The notes under the pieces are model-generated. The model was not told the DNA's origin. It saw nothing but the letters and a program-made list of their open reading frames with translations, and searched no databases. From Macrostomum lignano (Eukaryota), in the NCBI GenBank assembly GCA_002269645.1, contig NIVC01001264.1:261684-325683 (forward strand): a stretch of DNA of 64,000 bases, written 5' to 3'. Numbering within the stretch: position 1 is the first letter of the stretch; every line of letters begins with the position of its first letter. Below are positions 38,401-51,642 of the stretch, piece by piece. The translations under genes were made by a program, and so were the position numbers.

Positions 38401-41400
38401 AAATGTTTACTTCTCGGGCAGGCAGTTCTCGCACTCTCAGCACCACCTGAAAATTGCCATCCAGCACATTGCCGGCACAGCTCACTGGATTTGCTATTTC
38501 AATGCGGCAATCAACCCCATCGTGTACAACATACTGAGTGGTAGGTGGTGTAAAGAACCAGTATTGCAACAGTGGAAGTGCTTTGGTTTTGTTAAAACTT
38601 GAATTCTTCACCTAATATATAGGGTGTTCCTGTGAATTGACATTCCTGTGAATTGACATTCTTGTGAATTGACATTATTGTGAATTGATATTCTTGTGAA
38701 TTGACATTCTTGTGAATTGATATTCTTGTGAATTGATATTCTTGTGAATTGACATTCTTGTGAATTGACATTCTTGTGAATTGACATTCTTGTGAATTGA
38801 TATTCTTGTGAATTGACATTCTTGTGAATTGACATTCTTGTGAATTGATATTCTTGTGAATTGACATTCTTGTGAATTGATATTCTTGTGAATTGACATT
38901 CTTGTGAATTGATATTCTTGTGAATTGACATTCTTGTGAATTGACATTCTTGTGAATTGATATTCTTGTGAATTGATATTCTTGTGAATTGACATTCTTG
39001 TGAATTGATATTCTTGTGAATTGACATTCTTGTGAATTGACATTCTTGTGAATTGATATTCTTGTGAATTGACATTCTTGTGAATTGACATTCTTGTGAA
39101 TTGACATTCTTGTGAATTGACATTCTTGTGAATTGATATTCTTGTGAATTGATATTCTTGTGAATTGACATTCTTGTGAATTGATATTCTTGTGAATTGA
39201 CATTCTTGTGAATTGACATTCTTGTGAATTGATATTCTTGTGAATTGACATTCTTGTGAATTGACATTCTTGTGAATTGATATTCTTGTGAATTGACATT
39301 CTTGTGAATTGATATTCTTGTGAATTGACATTCTTGTGAATTGATATTCTTGTGAATTGATATTCTTGTGAATTGACATTCTTGTGAATTGACATTCTTG
39401 TGAATTGATATTCTTGTGAATTGACATTCTTGTGAATTGACATTCTTGTGAATTGATATTCTTGTGAATTGACATTCTTGTGAATTGACATTCTTGTGAA
39501 TTGATATTCTTGTGAATTGATATTCTTGTGAATTGACATTCTTGTGAATTGATATTCTTGTGAATTGACATTCTTGTGAATTGACATTCTTGTGAATTGA
39601 TATTCTTGTGAATTGACATTCTTGTGAATTGACATTCTTGTGAATTGATATTCTTGTGAATTGACATTCTTGTGAATTGATATTCTTGTGAATTGACATT
39701 CTTAGGAATTAAAACTTTTGTAAATTAACATTCTTGTGAGCTGACATTCTTGTAAATTAAAATTACTTTGAATTAACATTATTGTGAATTGACATTCTTG
39801 TGAATTGACATTCTTGTGAATTGATATTCTTGTGAATTGACATTCTTGTGAATTGACATTCTTGTGAATTGATATTCTTGTGAATTGACATTCTTGTGAA
39901 TTGATATTCTTGTGAATTGACATTCTTGTGAATTGATATTCTTGTGAATTGACATTCTTAGGAATTAAAACTTTTGTAAATTAACATTCTTGTGAGCTGA
40001 CATTCTTGTAAATTAAAATTACTTTGAATTAACATTATTGTGAATTGACATTCTCTTGAATTGAAATTCTTGTGAATTAACATTCTTGTGAATTGATATT
40101 CTTGTGAATTGTCATTTCTGTGAATATCATTGCTGTGAATTGCCATTCCTGTGAATTGACACTCTCTTGAATTGAAATTCTTGTGAATTAACATTCTTGT
40201 GAATTGATATTCTTGTGAATTGTCATTTCTGTGAATTATCATTGCTGTGAATTGCCATTCTTGTGAATTGCCATTCATGTGAATTGACATTCTCTTGATT
40301 TGACAATCTTGTGAACTAAAATTCTTTTAAATCGTCTTTCCAATGAATTTTTAATCATCTGAATTGTCATTCCTGTCAATTGTCACTGATGTTGGATGTC
40401 ACACTTGTGAAATTGAGCTCTGCTTGTGAAGGAGTGATAGATTAATGCCGAGAAGATCGAAGGTTGACAGTGGGAATCTGGCTGTGCTGGGGCCACATCT
40501 GGCTTTTCGTCAGACGACTTCATGTCGCTATTGAAATATTTATAAAAATCCTTAAAACTTATATACTCAATACTCAAGTCTACAGTGCCCAGGATGTTTT
40601 ATCATGTGGGAAGTAATGTTATCTACCAATTTATTAATTCGAAATCCCAAGATGACCGTACTGTTAATAAAAAGCCGCGTTTTTAGATAAAACTATGCAT
40701 CATGCAGCTTTATCTCAGGAGAACTGCTATTAAGTTAAAAGGAATTTTATTATTTAACATTTATGGCTTATTTCCATTAGCATGAGATAATTTTCATAAA
40801 GATTATCGAAAGAATTCCGAAAGAACCGCCCGTGAAGAGTTGGTGGACGAGGCACTAGGGGAAACTCCTTGTAGCATTGCTCACTTTTAACATGTGCTCA
40901 CAACCCTAGATCATTGAAACTTAGAACCCTGGATCATTGACACTTAGTTAGAACCCTGGATAATTGACACTTAGTTTTAGAATCTTGGATCATTGACACT
41001 TATTTTAGAAACCTGGATCATTGCCGCTTAGTTAGAACTCTGGATCATTGACACTTAGAACCCTGGATCATTGACACTTATTTTTAGAAACCTGCATTAT
41101 TGCCACTTAGTTAGAACCCTGGATAATTGCCGCTTAGTTAGAACCCTGGATAAGTGACACTTACGCTCGTAATTTTAGGACCCTGGATCATTGACACTTA
41201 GTTAGAACCCTGGATAATTGCCGCTTAGTTAGAACCCTGGATAATTGCCACTTAGTTAGAACACTGGATAATTGCCGCTTAGTTAGAACCCTGGATAATT
41301 GCCACTTAGTCAGAACCCTGGATAATTGCCACTTAGTTAGAACCCTGGATAATTGCCACTTAGTTAGAACCCTGGATAATTGCCGCTTAGTTAGAACACT

Positions 41401-41918
41401 GGATAATTGCCGCTTAGTTAGAACCCTGGATAATTGCCACTTAGTTAGAACACTGGATAATTGCCGCTTAGTTAGAACCCTGGATAATTGCCGCTTAGTT
41501 AGAACCCTGGATAATTGCCGCTTAGTTAGAACCCTGGATAATTGCCACTTAGTTAGAACACTGGATAATTGCCACTTAGTTAGAGCACTGAATGATTACG
41601 AGTAGCTGTCTTGAAAACATAAACTGCATCGCACTCAATACTTTCTACTTATCAGTAGACGAACTCTGGCAACCCACGGCAATTTACTTCTGCTACCCCT
41701 CATTATCCACAGCAAAATTTCGCGCAGAGTTCCGACTCGTGATCCGGCGCTGGGTGCCTCGCTTCTGCCGCCGCTGTCGCGAAGACGAAGGCCTCAGCGC
41801 TGTCGCCCAGTCGGAGATTCTGCTGCGGCGCCGGCCCGCGGTGATGCTGCACTCCGGAAACTGGATGCCAATGATGCTGATAAGGAACTCGGCAGCTGGG
41901 GCTTCGAGCTACAGTTGA
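32439..41918 (+). CDS. Class A neuropeptide GPCR, orexin/allatotropin receptor-like, 5 coding exons
   Basis: Exons 32439-32816, 36869-37283, 37840-38047, 38422-38540 and 41713-41918. Seven TMs: N-terminal YCLTTDEY..YLRPTAYE, GNALV, MRTATNMFLVNLALAD, CRVLKYLQ/PVSVTVSVLT, ERL (DRY position), CNLPVH, and AHWICYFNAAINPIVYNILS/AKFRAEF. Confidence 0.88.
32855..33215. mobile_element. Partial copy (right end) of the 2122-3343 element in GPCR intron 1
   Basis: Shares CTGAATACACT..CGCTTATGGGAAAAAT.TGACCTTCTGGCAGAATTGT and the terminal GCCTGCATTGCTCCGTT...GGTAGTTCTA. Confidence 0.6.
33255..33705. mobile_element. Foldback/MITE-like element: imperfect TIRs around a CTAGA microsatellite
   Basis: Left arm GAGGTTTTCCCGGATGGTTTCTTGCCAGTTGGAATTTCAAATCAAATCCAGTCTA versus right arm TAGACTAGATTTGATTTGAAATTCCGACTGAAAAAACCCTGCGGAAAAACCTC (reverse complement). 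Confidence 0.65.
33930..35000 (-). mobile_element. Possible very decayed hAT transposase remnant in GPCR intron 1
   Basis: Minus-strand fragments in the expected order across broken frames: VMRWNERF (cf. TRWNS), EWWISAEKISKF..PF and TASI(L)DP (cf. ATILDPRFK). Weak evidence. Confidence 0.3.
35700..36565. repeat. 21-bp minisatellite (GTGCCAAAATGAGTGCCTGCG), GPCR intron 1
   Basis: Tandem copies. Confidence 0.95.
37335..37772. repeat. 15-18-bp minisatellite (GCCCCTGGTGCTAAA), GPCR intron 2
   Basis: Tandem copies. Confidence 0.9.
38625..40315. repeat. 16-bp minisatellite (TGTGAATTGA[C/T]ATTCT), GPCR intron 4
   Basis: Homogeneous to about 39700, then degenerate. Confidence 0.95.
40905..41590. 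repeat. 27-bp minisatellite (GAACCCTGGATAATTGCCACTTAGTTA), GPCR intron 4
   Basis: Tandem copies. Confidence 0.9.
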
Positions 41919-42054
41919 CAGATGCAGATATTAAATTGCACTACTAAATTGCACTATATATAGCAGTGCTTGTACTTTGTTATAAGATACTTTTAACAAT
42001 TGTAGCAGAAGGAATTACATTATTTTACTATAGTGCATTGTTACTCTATCTACA

Positions 42055-42392
42055 TACATCTGTCTGTCTTAGTGTCTTAGTGTCTGTCTCTGTCTTGACT
42101 GTCTGTCTGTCTTAGTGTCTTAGTGTCTGTCTCTGTCTTGACTGTCTGTCTGTCTTAGTGTCTTAGTGTCTGTCTCTGTCTTGACTGTCTGTCTGTCTTA
42201 GTGTCTTAGTGTCTGTCTCTGTCTTGACTGTCTGTCTGTCTGTCTTAGTGTCTTAGTGTCTGTCTCTGTCTTGTCTGTCTGTCTTAGTGTCTGTATGTCT
42301 GTCTCTGTCTTGTCTGTCTGTCTGTCTGTCTTAGTGTCTGTATATCTGTCTCTGCCTTGTCTGTCTGTCTGTCTTAGTGTCTGTATGTCTGT
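42055..42392. repeat. CTGT/CTTAGTGT compound simple repeat 3' of the GPCR
   Basis: Tandem copies. Confidence 0.85.
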
Positions 42393-44883
42393 CTGTTGCT
42401 AAGCCCCACTTGTTATTCAATATCATCCTTTAGTGTAAAAACATGATGTAACACGTGTTTCGATAGCTTGGTTGTCACTATATTCAATATTTACTCGCAA
42501 AAGTCTTGCATATTCAAATGAGTTTGCCAGATGCAGAAGCACATGGGCACACGTATTTCATGTAGGCGTCAGGTTTTATAAGACCAAAATTTCAGCTTTG
42601 ACGAAACCTAAAAATTAAAAAAAACTTCAACTCTACAAAGCATTACTTAATTCTTCGTCATACAAGTACATTTTCAACAAAATTATAAGCTCGTACACTG
42701 GGCAACCTAAAACTGCAGTAAGTCTACAATGAAGCATGAATCTATATTTATTGTACAATTTTTAGGTGACCTGTTATTCAATGTACTATAAATATAAAAG
42801 CACAGCTGTTACACTGTATGTTGTTTAATATATTTTACTAGCTAAACCTGTTGTTTCATACTATTGATGAGGACGCACTTTTTTCCAAACTTCACACTCG
42901 CACATTGGCTCCAAACTTACTAGCCTACTAACAACAGGCTATGGGCATCTTTTCTTTTCTTTATGTAATTTTCCTAGAATTCATACTAGTTATATGATTT
43001 TGCCTTACTTGTAGTTATAATAACATAGGTGCGGCTTTTGGGTCATAAATCATTGCTTTCGAGCTGGCCTGACAGCCACCTGCGCCTCACTCAATGCTAA
43101 GGCTGGCGCCAGATGGTCTGAGAGGATGCGGGCGGTAGCTTTTTTCATCATTTTGACAGGCCATCAGATTTATGAGGTCAGGGCCTATTGTTCGTGTTGA
43201 CTCAAGCGTGTGACAGCTATGCGTTTTACCCCTAAAAGTACGTTGGGATTAGCTATTTCTCTTCATTATCTTCACTTTCTACTTAATACGACCTTTCTAA
43301 TGTATATTTTTTCATTAATTTTTGTCATTCCTACGCGAAAGGTCATAAATCATTATGTAGCGATTTTGAGTGATTTATGACCGCACCTGTCGTATTTTTA
43401 TGGCCCCGAGGGAACTGATAGGATCTTCTGGTCACGTGAGTTTGGATGGCAAGAAGCTCAGCCAATCAGAAAATTCGACGTGCGTTTTAACAAATCGGCT
43501 CAGCCAATCAGCGTCGAGGTGTTCCATTATAACAAATTGCGGTCCAGTTGGCGGCTATTTAAACCGGTGTTTTTGGCCCGCTCGAACTCAACCTCCTGCT
43601 CCGCCTCCTGGGACTTTGGCCTAGCTTAGACCTCCCGGAGCTCGACCGTCGTCTTTTGATCCCCAGATCGCGGTCGACTTCCCCCCTCATCATCAAGGAC
43701 GAATCCCCCCGGTCGTCAGCAGCGAACATCAGATTAAGATCATCACCTGCTAGCTATCTGCTAAGATTGTGACATCAGCATCATCCCGGGCCTACAGCTG
43801 CGAAGCACTAAGCCGATTCGGTCACTGTGGATTACCCATGGTCTCCGGCTGTTGAGTTTCTGATTGGTTGGGTGAGAGGCTACCTAGACTTGCTTGATTG
43901 GGTGATCCCCTATCTGTCCCCTGTTTCAGTAGCTGGATTAGGCGCACACTTTTGCTCATTTTGTTCAGCAGTGCTGTTATTGAGGTAGAAATCATTCAAT
44001 AATACTGTTAGTAGTCTGAAACTCCAATTCAATCTGAAGTGTGAAGTGATTTAAGGAGAAGGTTAAATCTGACAGTTATTTTTATCGGTTTTATTTCTTT
44101 GCTCGCCGATGGCTCAGACGAGTAGTAGGCGCCGGTCGCAGTGGACCAATGGCAAGGCAGTTCTCAGTCGATCAATCCATCAAATCAGTGAGCAAAATTG
44201 CCAATAGTGCAAAATCGGCGCCAGAGATGTACTTTGTGCACTCTAGGTTCGCCAAGCGGCTCGGGTAATGAATCATGCGGTCTCTGAAGTTCGAGTTAGC
44301 CTATCATCAGCGCTATGAGAGGCTGGTTGGCGCGTTGAAGGCCAAAAGTACATTCCTCGTATTTAGCAATGTAATAGTACATGTAGCTACCCCATAGTCT
44401 CGCCACTGCAAGAATCCCTTACACAAGTCCCCTCTGTACCTGCATGGCCAATGCGATCAAGTCTCAGCAGTGTCCCTTATCATCGGCTATGACTTCGAGA
44501 TTGACAGCAAAAAGACACTAGTTGGCAGGTATAAAGTGCTAAGCCCCCTCTAGTCGGAAGCCCGATTTCGAAAGTTCCGGTTTGGTGAGCCAGGACGCAC
44601 GGGCTGGTGGCAGCGGGTTAGTTAATCTGCGGATTAGCTGATCTCTACCTTCAAAATTCTCCCTGCTTGTCTCTCGCTGTCCCTCTCTTAGCTATAGGAC
44701 CTAGACTGCTCGCCACACGATCAAGCTACCATGGGGCTGACCATCTGACAGGAGTGGGGGGCCAGGACTCTAATTGATTTATTTCTGAGACCTGAGGCCC
44801 GAAGGCTTCCCGAAAGGGGCCGAAAAGGCCGAAACCCATCACTAAACAATTACTAATTACACCTGCCCCTATAGAGGCAGCTT

Positions 44884-45135
44884 TGTGCAACCGACAGCTC
44901 AGCCGCAGCTATTGCGCGGCGCATCTGAAGGCTGCGTACGGCTGTTCAGTCCAAGGACTGGGGGGTCGCCACACACACAGCCTCAATTATCCCAGCTAAT
45001 GCTGGCACCCATTTTACAGCTGGGTGAACTGAAGCAATGCAGAGTTGTCTTGCTCAAGGGCACAAATTCTTCCGATTTACGACTGGATCGAGAATCGAAC
45101 TCACGAGTGTCAGTCGTGAATACGACTGCAACCCT
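44884..45135 (-). mobile_element. Same SINE family, diverged head
   Basis: Near-identical tail and body to the 23067-23334 copy (GTGCAACCGACAGCTCAGCCGCAGCTATTGCGCGGCGCATCTGAAGGC...). Confidence 0.8.
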
Positions 45136-45874
45136 TAATAACTATTTTCAGTATAAAAAGATAATACGAGCGTATAGTGTAGTCAGTGCATATAGTGCAC
45201 TTTAAAAATGAGAAAGACTACATGTACAATTAAAGGCTAAAGCATAGAAAAATTAGGTTGGCAAACTTTCATCGTACCGATATGTCGGTAGTCACATGAT
45301 TCATGTGAATTTACATTAAACTTTTAGAAATTTGCATGAACTATACAAATACACTGTACAGTACACTAAGACTACACTAAGCACTTTAAGCGACATTGTC
45401 ACGCAACCGGCGAGAGGCATTGCTGCCAATTGCGCGGACTCCCCTGAGCAGGCACACAAGCGCGCGGATACGTACGCAGTCATACGCGCAGGCACACACT
45501 CACACAGGAGTGTACAGCGGCCCTAACTTTATTTTATCGTTAGGCATGTACACTTCACTGTGCCTTTGGGGGTTGGCTCTCAAGGCCGTTAATTGCACGA
45601 GCAGAGCCAAGCCGAGATTCCAATTCAGCCCCAAATTAATGCCGCTGACACATCAGAGCGCCGCGCTAGAGCACTGGGCCACAGTCCCAGTGCAGTACTG
45701 ATCCCTCATTTTCATTATCTATACTCAGCAACAGTCAAAGTTCCACCCTCCAAATTGCGAAAACTTCACACTCACAATTCAACCCTCAAGTTACGCAACT
45801 AAGCCGCCGCGAGAAAGGGAAAGTTGATTGACTATCAATACTCGTAGTAAAATCATAAATTTTTTATGCAATAT

Positions 45875-46188
45875 TCAGTTAGAATCGCGATGCGTGTGGG
45901 ATCCCCTCGCACGCAGAAGTGCGACGACTCTGCGGGGCATCCCAAGGATGAGGCAGCGCAGAAAGTCCTGGGGAAGCCGCTCCAAAGCGTTTTCAATGGC
46001 ATGACGCAGAGCTCTCCGCAACATTCTATGGTGGATTCTCTTTTCGAATGCTACGTTTTAGGAAGTCCCAGACATGCTCGATGGGATTCATGTCTGGGGA
46101 CCGGGAAGGCCAGCGCAGAGTGCGCAGCTATAGCTGTTCTTTCAGTTGACTAACAGCATCGGCTTGGTGTGGCGGGGCGTTGTTCCTG
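45875..46188 (-). mobile_element. Decayed Tc1 (DD34E) transposase C-terminal fragment
   Basis: Q(D)NAPPH...WPSRSPDMNPIEHVWDFLKR...LPQDFLRCLILGMPRRVVALLRARGSHT, with 34 residues between D and E, two in-frame stops and two frameshifts. Confidence 0.8.
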
Positions 46189-47207
46189 GGCTTGGGTCTG
46201 CTTAATGTCCAGGCCTGGACCATTAAGCAGACCCAAGCCACCCCCAAGCGGCAATAAGCTTTGCGCGTGCCGTAGGTTGCGTCACTCGCAATAAGTGAAA
46301 AAATCATCTCGCTTAGTGGGGTGGAACTTTTGACTGTTGCTGAGTATAACCCTAAGCAGGCAGATAAGAAAGGATTAACACGGAAAATGTTACTATTTTT
46401 TTTTAGATTAAATCGCTTTATTTCTATCGAAGGCCATTAAGAGATGAAGAGAGAAAATTAAAAGTAGTAATTGGTAAGGATATTTAGAAAAGCAAAAATA
46501 CTTAGTTATTTTTTGCAAATCTATCAAGCTACTAGAATTAAACAAACTTGAAATTGCCTGGCGCAAAGCAGTTCCCAGATCAATTGCTACACTTGAATAG
46601 GTGAAGAATTGCACAATTATTTTGTCTTAATCATTATCGTGCTGCAGTCATATCTCAACATTCTTATCAATCGATTCGTACGAAAAATACGGACCTCATT
46701 CGATGCGCACTACTAACCAAAATAACAGACCATTCGAGTAGCATAGTGAGGGAGAGAAAAACGCGGAGATTATTGAAAAAATAGAAAAAATAATTATTAA
46801 AAAAAACAGTGAAACAGCGCGACAAAGCCGGGGGTCGGTTTTCTTTAAGGCGAAGGCAAACAACGTTTTCCAAATGTGAATTCACGGGTTCGAGTAGAGC
46901 AACGCAAAATATACTGATAGAAGAAAATATTAATTACAGATACCTTACGTTGAGTTTTGTTTTGAGAGATTTTTCAGGAGCATTCAAAGTCGTTACGGAT
47001 GCAGCTGCAAAATTGCATAAAAAATAAACATTGACAAATAAATGTTTTATTTGTTATATTAAACCAAGCAGAAGTGAATCGAGTCAAGCACGCCGATAAA
47101 ACTGAACAAAAAGGCAAAATTAAATTTCGTTAAACTGTCTGTTTCGACAGGGTTTTTACCGTGCGGTGAATACAAAGTCGGCGTTATTGAGGCAAGCGAC
47201 AACCATT

Positions 47208-47742
47208 TCTAGCTGTCACACTGCAGCACATCTAGCTGTCACACTGCAGCACATCTAGCTGTCACACTGCAGCACATCTAGCTGTCACACTGCAGCACAT
47301 CTAGCTGTCACACTGCAGCACATCTACTTGTCACACTGCAGCACATCTAGCTGTCACACTGCAGCACATCTACTTGTCACACTGCAGCACATCTAACTGT
47401 CACACTGCAGTACATCTAACTGTCACACTGCAGTACATCTAACTGTCATACTGCAGTACATCTAACTGTCACACTGCAGTACATCTAACTGTCACACTGC
47501 ATGCAGCACATCTAGCTGTCACACTGCAGCACATCTAGCTGTCACACTGCAGCACATCTAGCTGTCACACTGCAGCACATCTAGCTGTTACACTGCAGCA
47601 CATCTAGCTGTCACACTGCAGCACATCTAGCTGTCACACTGCAGCACATCTAGCTGTCACACTGCAGCACACCTAGCTGTCACAATGCAGCACACCTAGC
47701 TGTCACACTGCAGCACATCTAGCTGTCACACTGCAGCATATC
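47208..47742. repeat. 23-bp minisatellite (CTAGCTGTCACACTGCAGCACAT) 3' of EB1
   Basis: Tandem copies. Confidence 0.9.
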
Positions 47743-48052
47743 CACCTACCTACTACTAATAGAAATCGTACAAGAACTTGCAAATCGCAGGGAGGAGAAA
47801 CCGATTCATACCAACAATAACATCATCAATTAACATAATTATTAATTAACTACTGTACAATACAATTATTGATTATTATTATAATTAGGACAATGGCCCA
47901 ATACGAACTACAATTGGGTGAGTATCTCCGAGAAGTGACTGTGCTATAGGTAATAAAATAATTAAATAACGATACTGAATAGTCAGCTTAGGCTATTAAT
48001 GTTTTCTGACGGATTTACTGTTCAATATAATTTCTAGATTAATAAAAAATTA

Positions 48053-50546
48053 TTAATATTCGTCAGGCTCGCCGTTGTCGGCGGCCTCTGGCGGGGCGAA
48101 GCCCTCCTCAGTCTGGTACAGCACGTCCAGAATGCGGCGAATCTGTTCGCTGTCCTCGGACTCCTGGCAGATGATCTCCACGCTGCGCAGCTTGTTAAAA
48201 TAGAAGTCCCGCTCCTTCATCAGGCCGTCAATGCTCTGCTGGTCTTCGTTGTGCTGCTGGTTCAGGTCGTCCACCTGGGGAGGGCGGGCCGGCGAATGGG
48301 GAGGATTAGGTGGCTGATGGTCCTGGAGGTGTGGGATTAAGCTTGCTGCTAGGTGTGGGATTAAGCTTGCTGCTAGGTGTGGGATTGAGCTTGCTGCTAG
48401 GTGTGGGATTGAGCTTGCTGCTAGGTGTGGGATTAAGCTTGCTGCTAGGTGTGGGATTAAGCTTGCTGCTAGGTGTGGGATTAAGCTTGCTGCTAGATGT
48501 GGGATTAAGCTTGCTGCTAGGTGTGGGATTAAGCTTGCTGCTAGATGTGGGATTAAGCTTGCTGCTAGGTGTGGGACTAAGCTTGCTGCTGGGTGTGGGA
48601 TTAAGCTTGCTGGTGCTGGTGTGGGTTTAAGATTGCTGGTGTGGGATTAAGCTTGCTGATGGATGTGGGATTAAGCTTGCTGCTGGGTGTGGGATTAAGC
48701 TTGCTGCTGGGTGTGGGATTAAGCTTGCTGGTGCTGGTGTGGGTTTAAGATTGCTGGTGTGGGATTAAGCTTGCTGATGGATGTGGGATTAAGCTTGCTG
48801 GTGCTGGTGTGGGATTAAGCTTGCTGGTGCTGGTGTGGGATTAAGCTTGCTGCTAGGTGTGGGATTAAGCTTGCTGCTGGGTGTGGGATTAAGCTTGCTG
48901 GTGCTGGTGTGGGATTAAGATTGCTGGTGTGGGATTAAGCTTGCTGCTGGGTGTGGGATTAAGCTTGCTGCTGGGTGTGGGATTAAGATTGCTGGTGTGG
49001 GATTAGGCTCACTGGTGCTGGTGCTGGCTGAAACACAAGTACGCACCTGGATACGCAGTTCGGCCATCTCAGCCTCCAGCCGCTGCTGGTTAGCATTGGG
49101 AGCCGCTGCCGGCTGGTGGGCCGGAGCTGGCGGATGCGCTGGCGCCGGGGCGGCAGCGGCTCTTGTTGGCACCGGCTTCGGCGGCGTCCGATTCGGCTGC
49201 CGCATGCCCCGCCGGCGCCGGCAGGGGCGCGGCCAGCAGCTGGGCCGGCGGCAGGCGCCCGGTTGTCGCCTCTAGCAGCAGCCGGAGCCGCCGCAGGCTG
49301 ACTGTGCGCGCCGGCGGGCCTGGCCTTGCCGGAGCCGGTGATTGGCTCGCCGCCGCGGGCAGCCAGGGCGTCGTACTCGATTCCGGTGTAATTGGCGTCG
49401 AAGAATCGTTTGAACCATTGCACGAATTCGAAGTTGTCTTGGAAACGCGCTTTGACCAGGCGCTCGATTGGTACCTCCTGGGTAATAGTTTGATGGTTGA
49501 AATCGTTTTGGTGGAAACTTTCAACTAATTCTGGAGTTTGGAGGGAATTCCCGCAGTGAATGACCTTGGGGGAACTCTAATCATACTTAGAATGGAAGTC
49601 CCGCAGTGAATGACCTTGGGGGAACTCTAATCATACTTAAAATGGAAGTCCCGCAGTGAATGACCTTGGGGGAACTCTAATCATACTTAGAATGGAATTC
49701 CCGCAGTGAATGACCTTGGGGGAACTCTAATCATACTTAAAATGGAAGTCCCGCAGTGAATGACCTTGGGGGAACTCTAATCATACTTAAAATGGAAGTC
49801 CCGCAGTGAATGACCTTGGGGGAACTCTAATCATACTTAGAATGGAAGTCCCGCAGTGAATGACCTTGGGGAACTCTAATCATACTTAGAATGGAAGTCC
49901 CGCAGTGAATGACCTTGGGGGAACTCTAATCATACTTAGAATGGAATTCCCGCAGTGAATGACCTTGGGGGAACTCTAATCATACTTAAAATGGAAGTCC
50001 CGCAGTGAATGACCTTGGGGGAACTCTAATCATACTTAAAATGGAAGTCCCGCAGTGAATGACCTTGGGGGAACTCCAATCATACTTAAAATGGAAGTCC
50101 CGCAGTGAATGACCTTGGGGAACTCCAATCAAACTCACAATGGAATTTCCGCAGTGAACGACCCTGGGGAACTCCATATCTCACCTTATCAACGCCGTGT
50201 TTTTTAAACAGCGCCTGCAGCACTTTGAAATTGCTGATAAACTCGTGCTCCAATTTGGTATTAAATTTCACCTTTTTAAAGGGCAGAGTACCTGAATAAT
50301 GATGAATTTGATGATGTTAGAATAAGTAAAAAACAAAAACACTGCATTATTTAATAAATGAATAATGTAAAACGTACCCGGAAACAGCATGTCCATAAAT
50401 TGGCAATAGACAGCCCCAGAGGCTAGTTCTTCAATTTTGCCTAAATTGGCCTGCAAACAGGTATTAATCCAATCCAGGATGTCATGCCTACTCAAATTAT
50501 CAGTTGTTTGCGATGTCGAGTGAACGTTGACAGCTTGCTGGGCCAT
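48053..50546 (-). CDS. MAPRE1: Microtubule plus-end-binding protein EB1 (MAPRE family), 4 coding exons
   Basis: Exons 50546-50378, 50291-50185, 49477-49047 and 48274-48053. CH domain [12 protein letters not shown]...[53 protein letters not shown]; EBH domain [18 protein letters not shown]; acidic tail ending DEY. Confidence 0.95.
48330..49015. repeat. 24-bp minisatellite (GTGTGGGATTAAGCTTGCTGCTAG), EB1 intron 3
   Basis: Fills nearly the whole intron. Confidence 0.9.
49545..50172. repeat. 50-bp minisatellite, EB1 intron 2
   Basis: AATGGAAGTCCCGCAGTGAATGACCTTGGGGGAACTCTAATCATACTTA[A/G] repeated about 12 times. Confidence 0.92.
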
Positions 50547-51642
50547 ACTTATTAATGAAGTTATGCTCTGCTGCTTCTGCTAGCTGAAAATAACAATTTA
50601 TGCAGTTTGTGCATACTGTGGCAGTGAAACCTACAGCAGATACCACAGATACTGGAATAACTAGATGGGCTACTCAAGCACATTTGCGTGTAAGCTACTT
50701 TCAGTTCAGTAGTAGGTTAGACAGATGCATTTTATGCCATGGCTCATTTATTGGCTCTTACCCACCTCCCAGCTTAAACCCTCAAACTGTGCCTTTCCCA
50801 CTAACCCCCCTGCTGCCCTGCCCCAATTTTTATTGCCCAGAGGTCTGGCCAATGTACATTACTGCTGAACCAATTAGCCAGTTGTTTATGCCTGCAAGCT
50901 TGGGGGCTTCTAAACTTATTAAAGTCATTTCAGCTGCCTTTATTTTATTATAAAATAGCTTATAAAAATTGAGCTTGCCTTTATGATTGTTAAAATTAGA
51001 GGTGCTAACAACAAACAGTTTTTAATATTTTCATCATATTAATATTTAGATTAAAAAAACATAGTTGCAACTTTTAGGCAGTCTTTAAAATGAAATTTTT
51101 AATAGCATAAAATTAAGCATAGTGATGAAATGCTATTAAATACTTAATCAGTAGTATATACTATGATCCTAAGTACACAAGAAAAATACAAGAATATAAT
51201 CAATAAGAACAAGCTAAATATAAATGCTAAATCAGGCCTAGCAACAAAAAAATAAACAAAAAACTATATAATAGGCCTATGCTATACTAGGCCTAGTTAA
51301 TCATCATATTTATTATTTATATTGTTATTAATTTCACTTTTTTATAAAAATATCAGGCAGCTTGCACTTGCAGTGCAAGAATTAGAGATCCAAATATCAA
51401 TGACCTTATCCTTGGTTGGTATTGGTATTGTATACTGTTATACTAGCTTATATATATCCAGGCTAAAAAGCATAGCCTAGACCCAATGGTATTCTTGTTA
51501 GGCACTTTTGTTATATGACCCCCGTGTAAAAGATACAGTCAAAGAATAGAAACCAGATGAAACATTATCCATGAGTCAAAGGCATTGCATTAAGGCAGTT
51601 TCAATTGATTTCTATTTGAAGTGAGTTCAACCAAAAAGAGTC

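Noticed and set aside
43560-43760. Short GC-rich Arg/Ser-rich minus-strand reading frame
   Set aside because: Bounded by stops, with no clear splice sites or family motif.
1366-50546. Functional trafficking cluster (SH3BP5 Rab11 GEF, RILPL, EB1)
   Set aside because: Broad housekeeping categories are interleaved with unrelated genes, and there is no evidence beyond adjacency.
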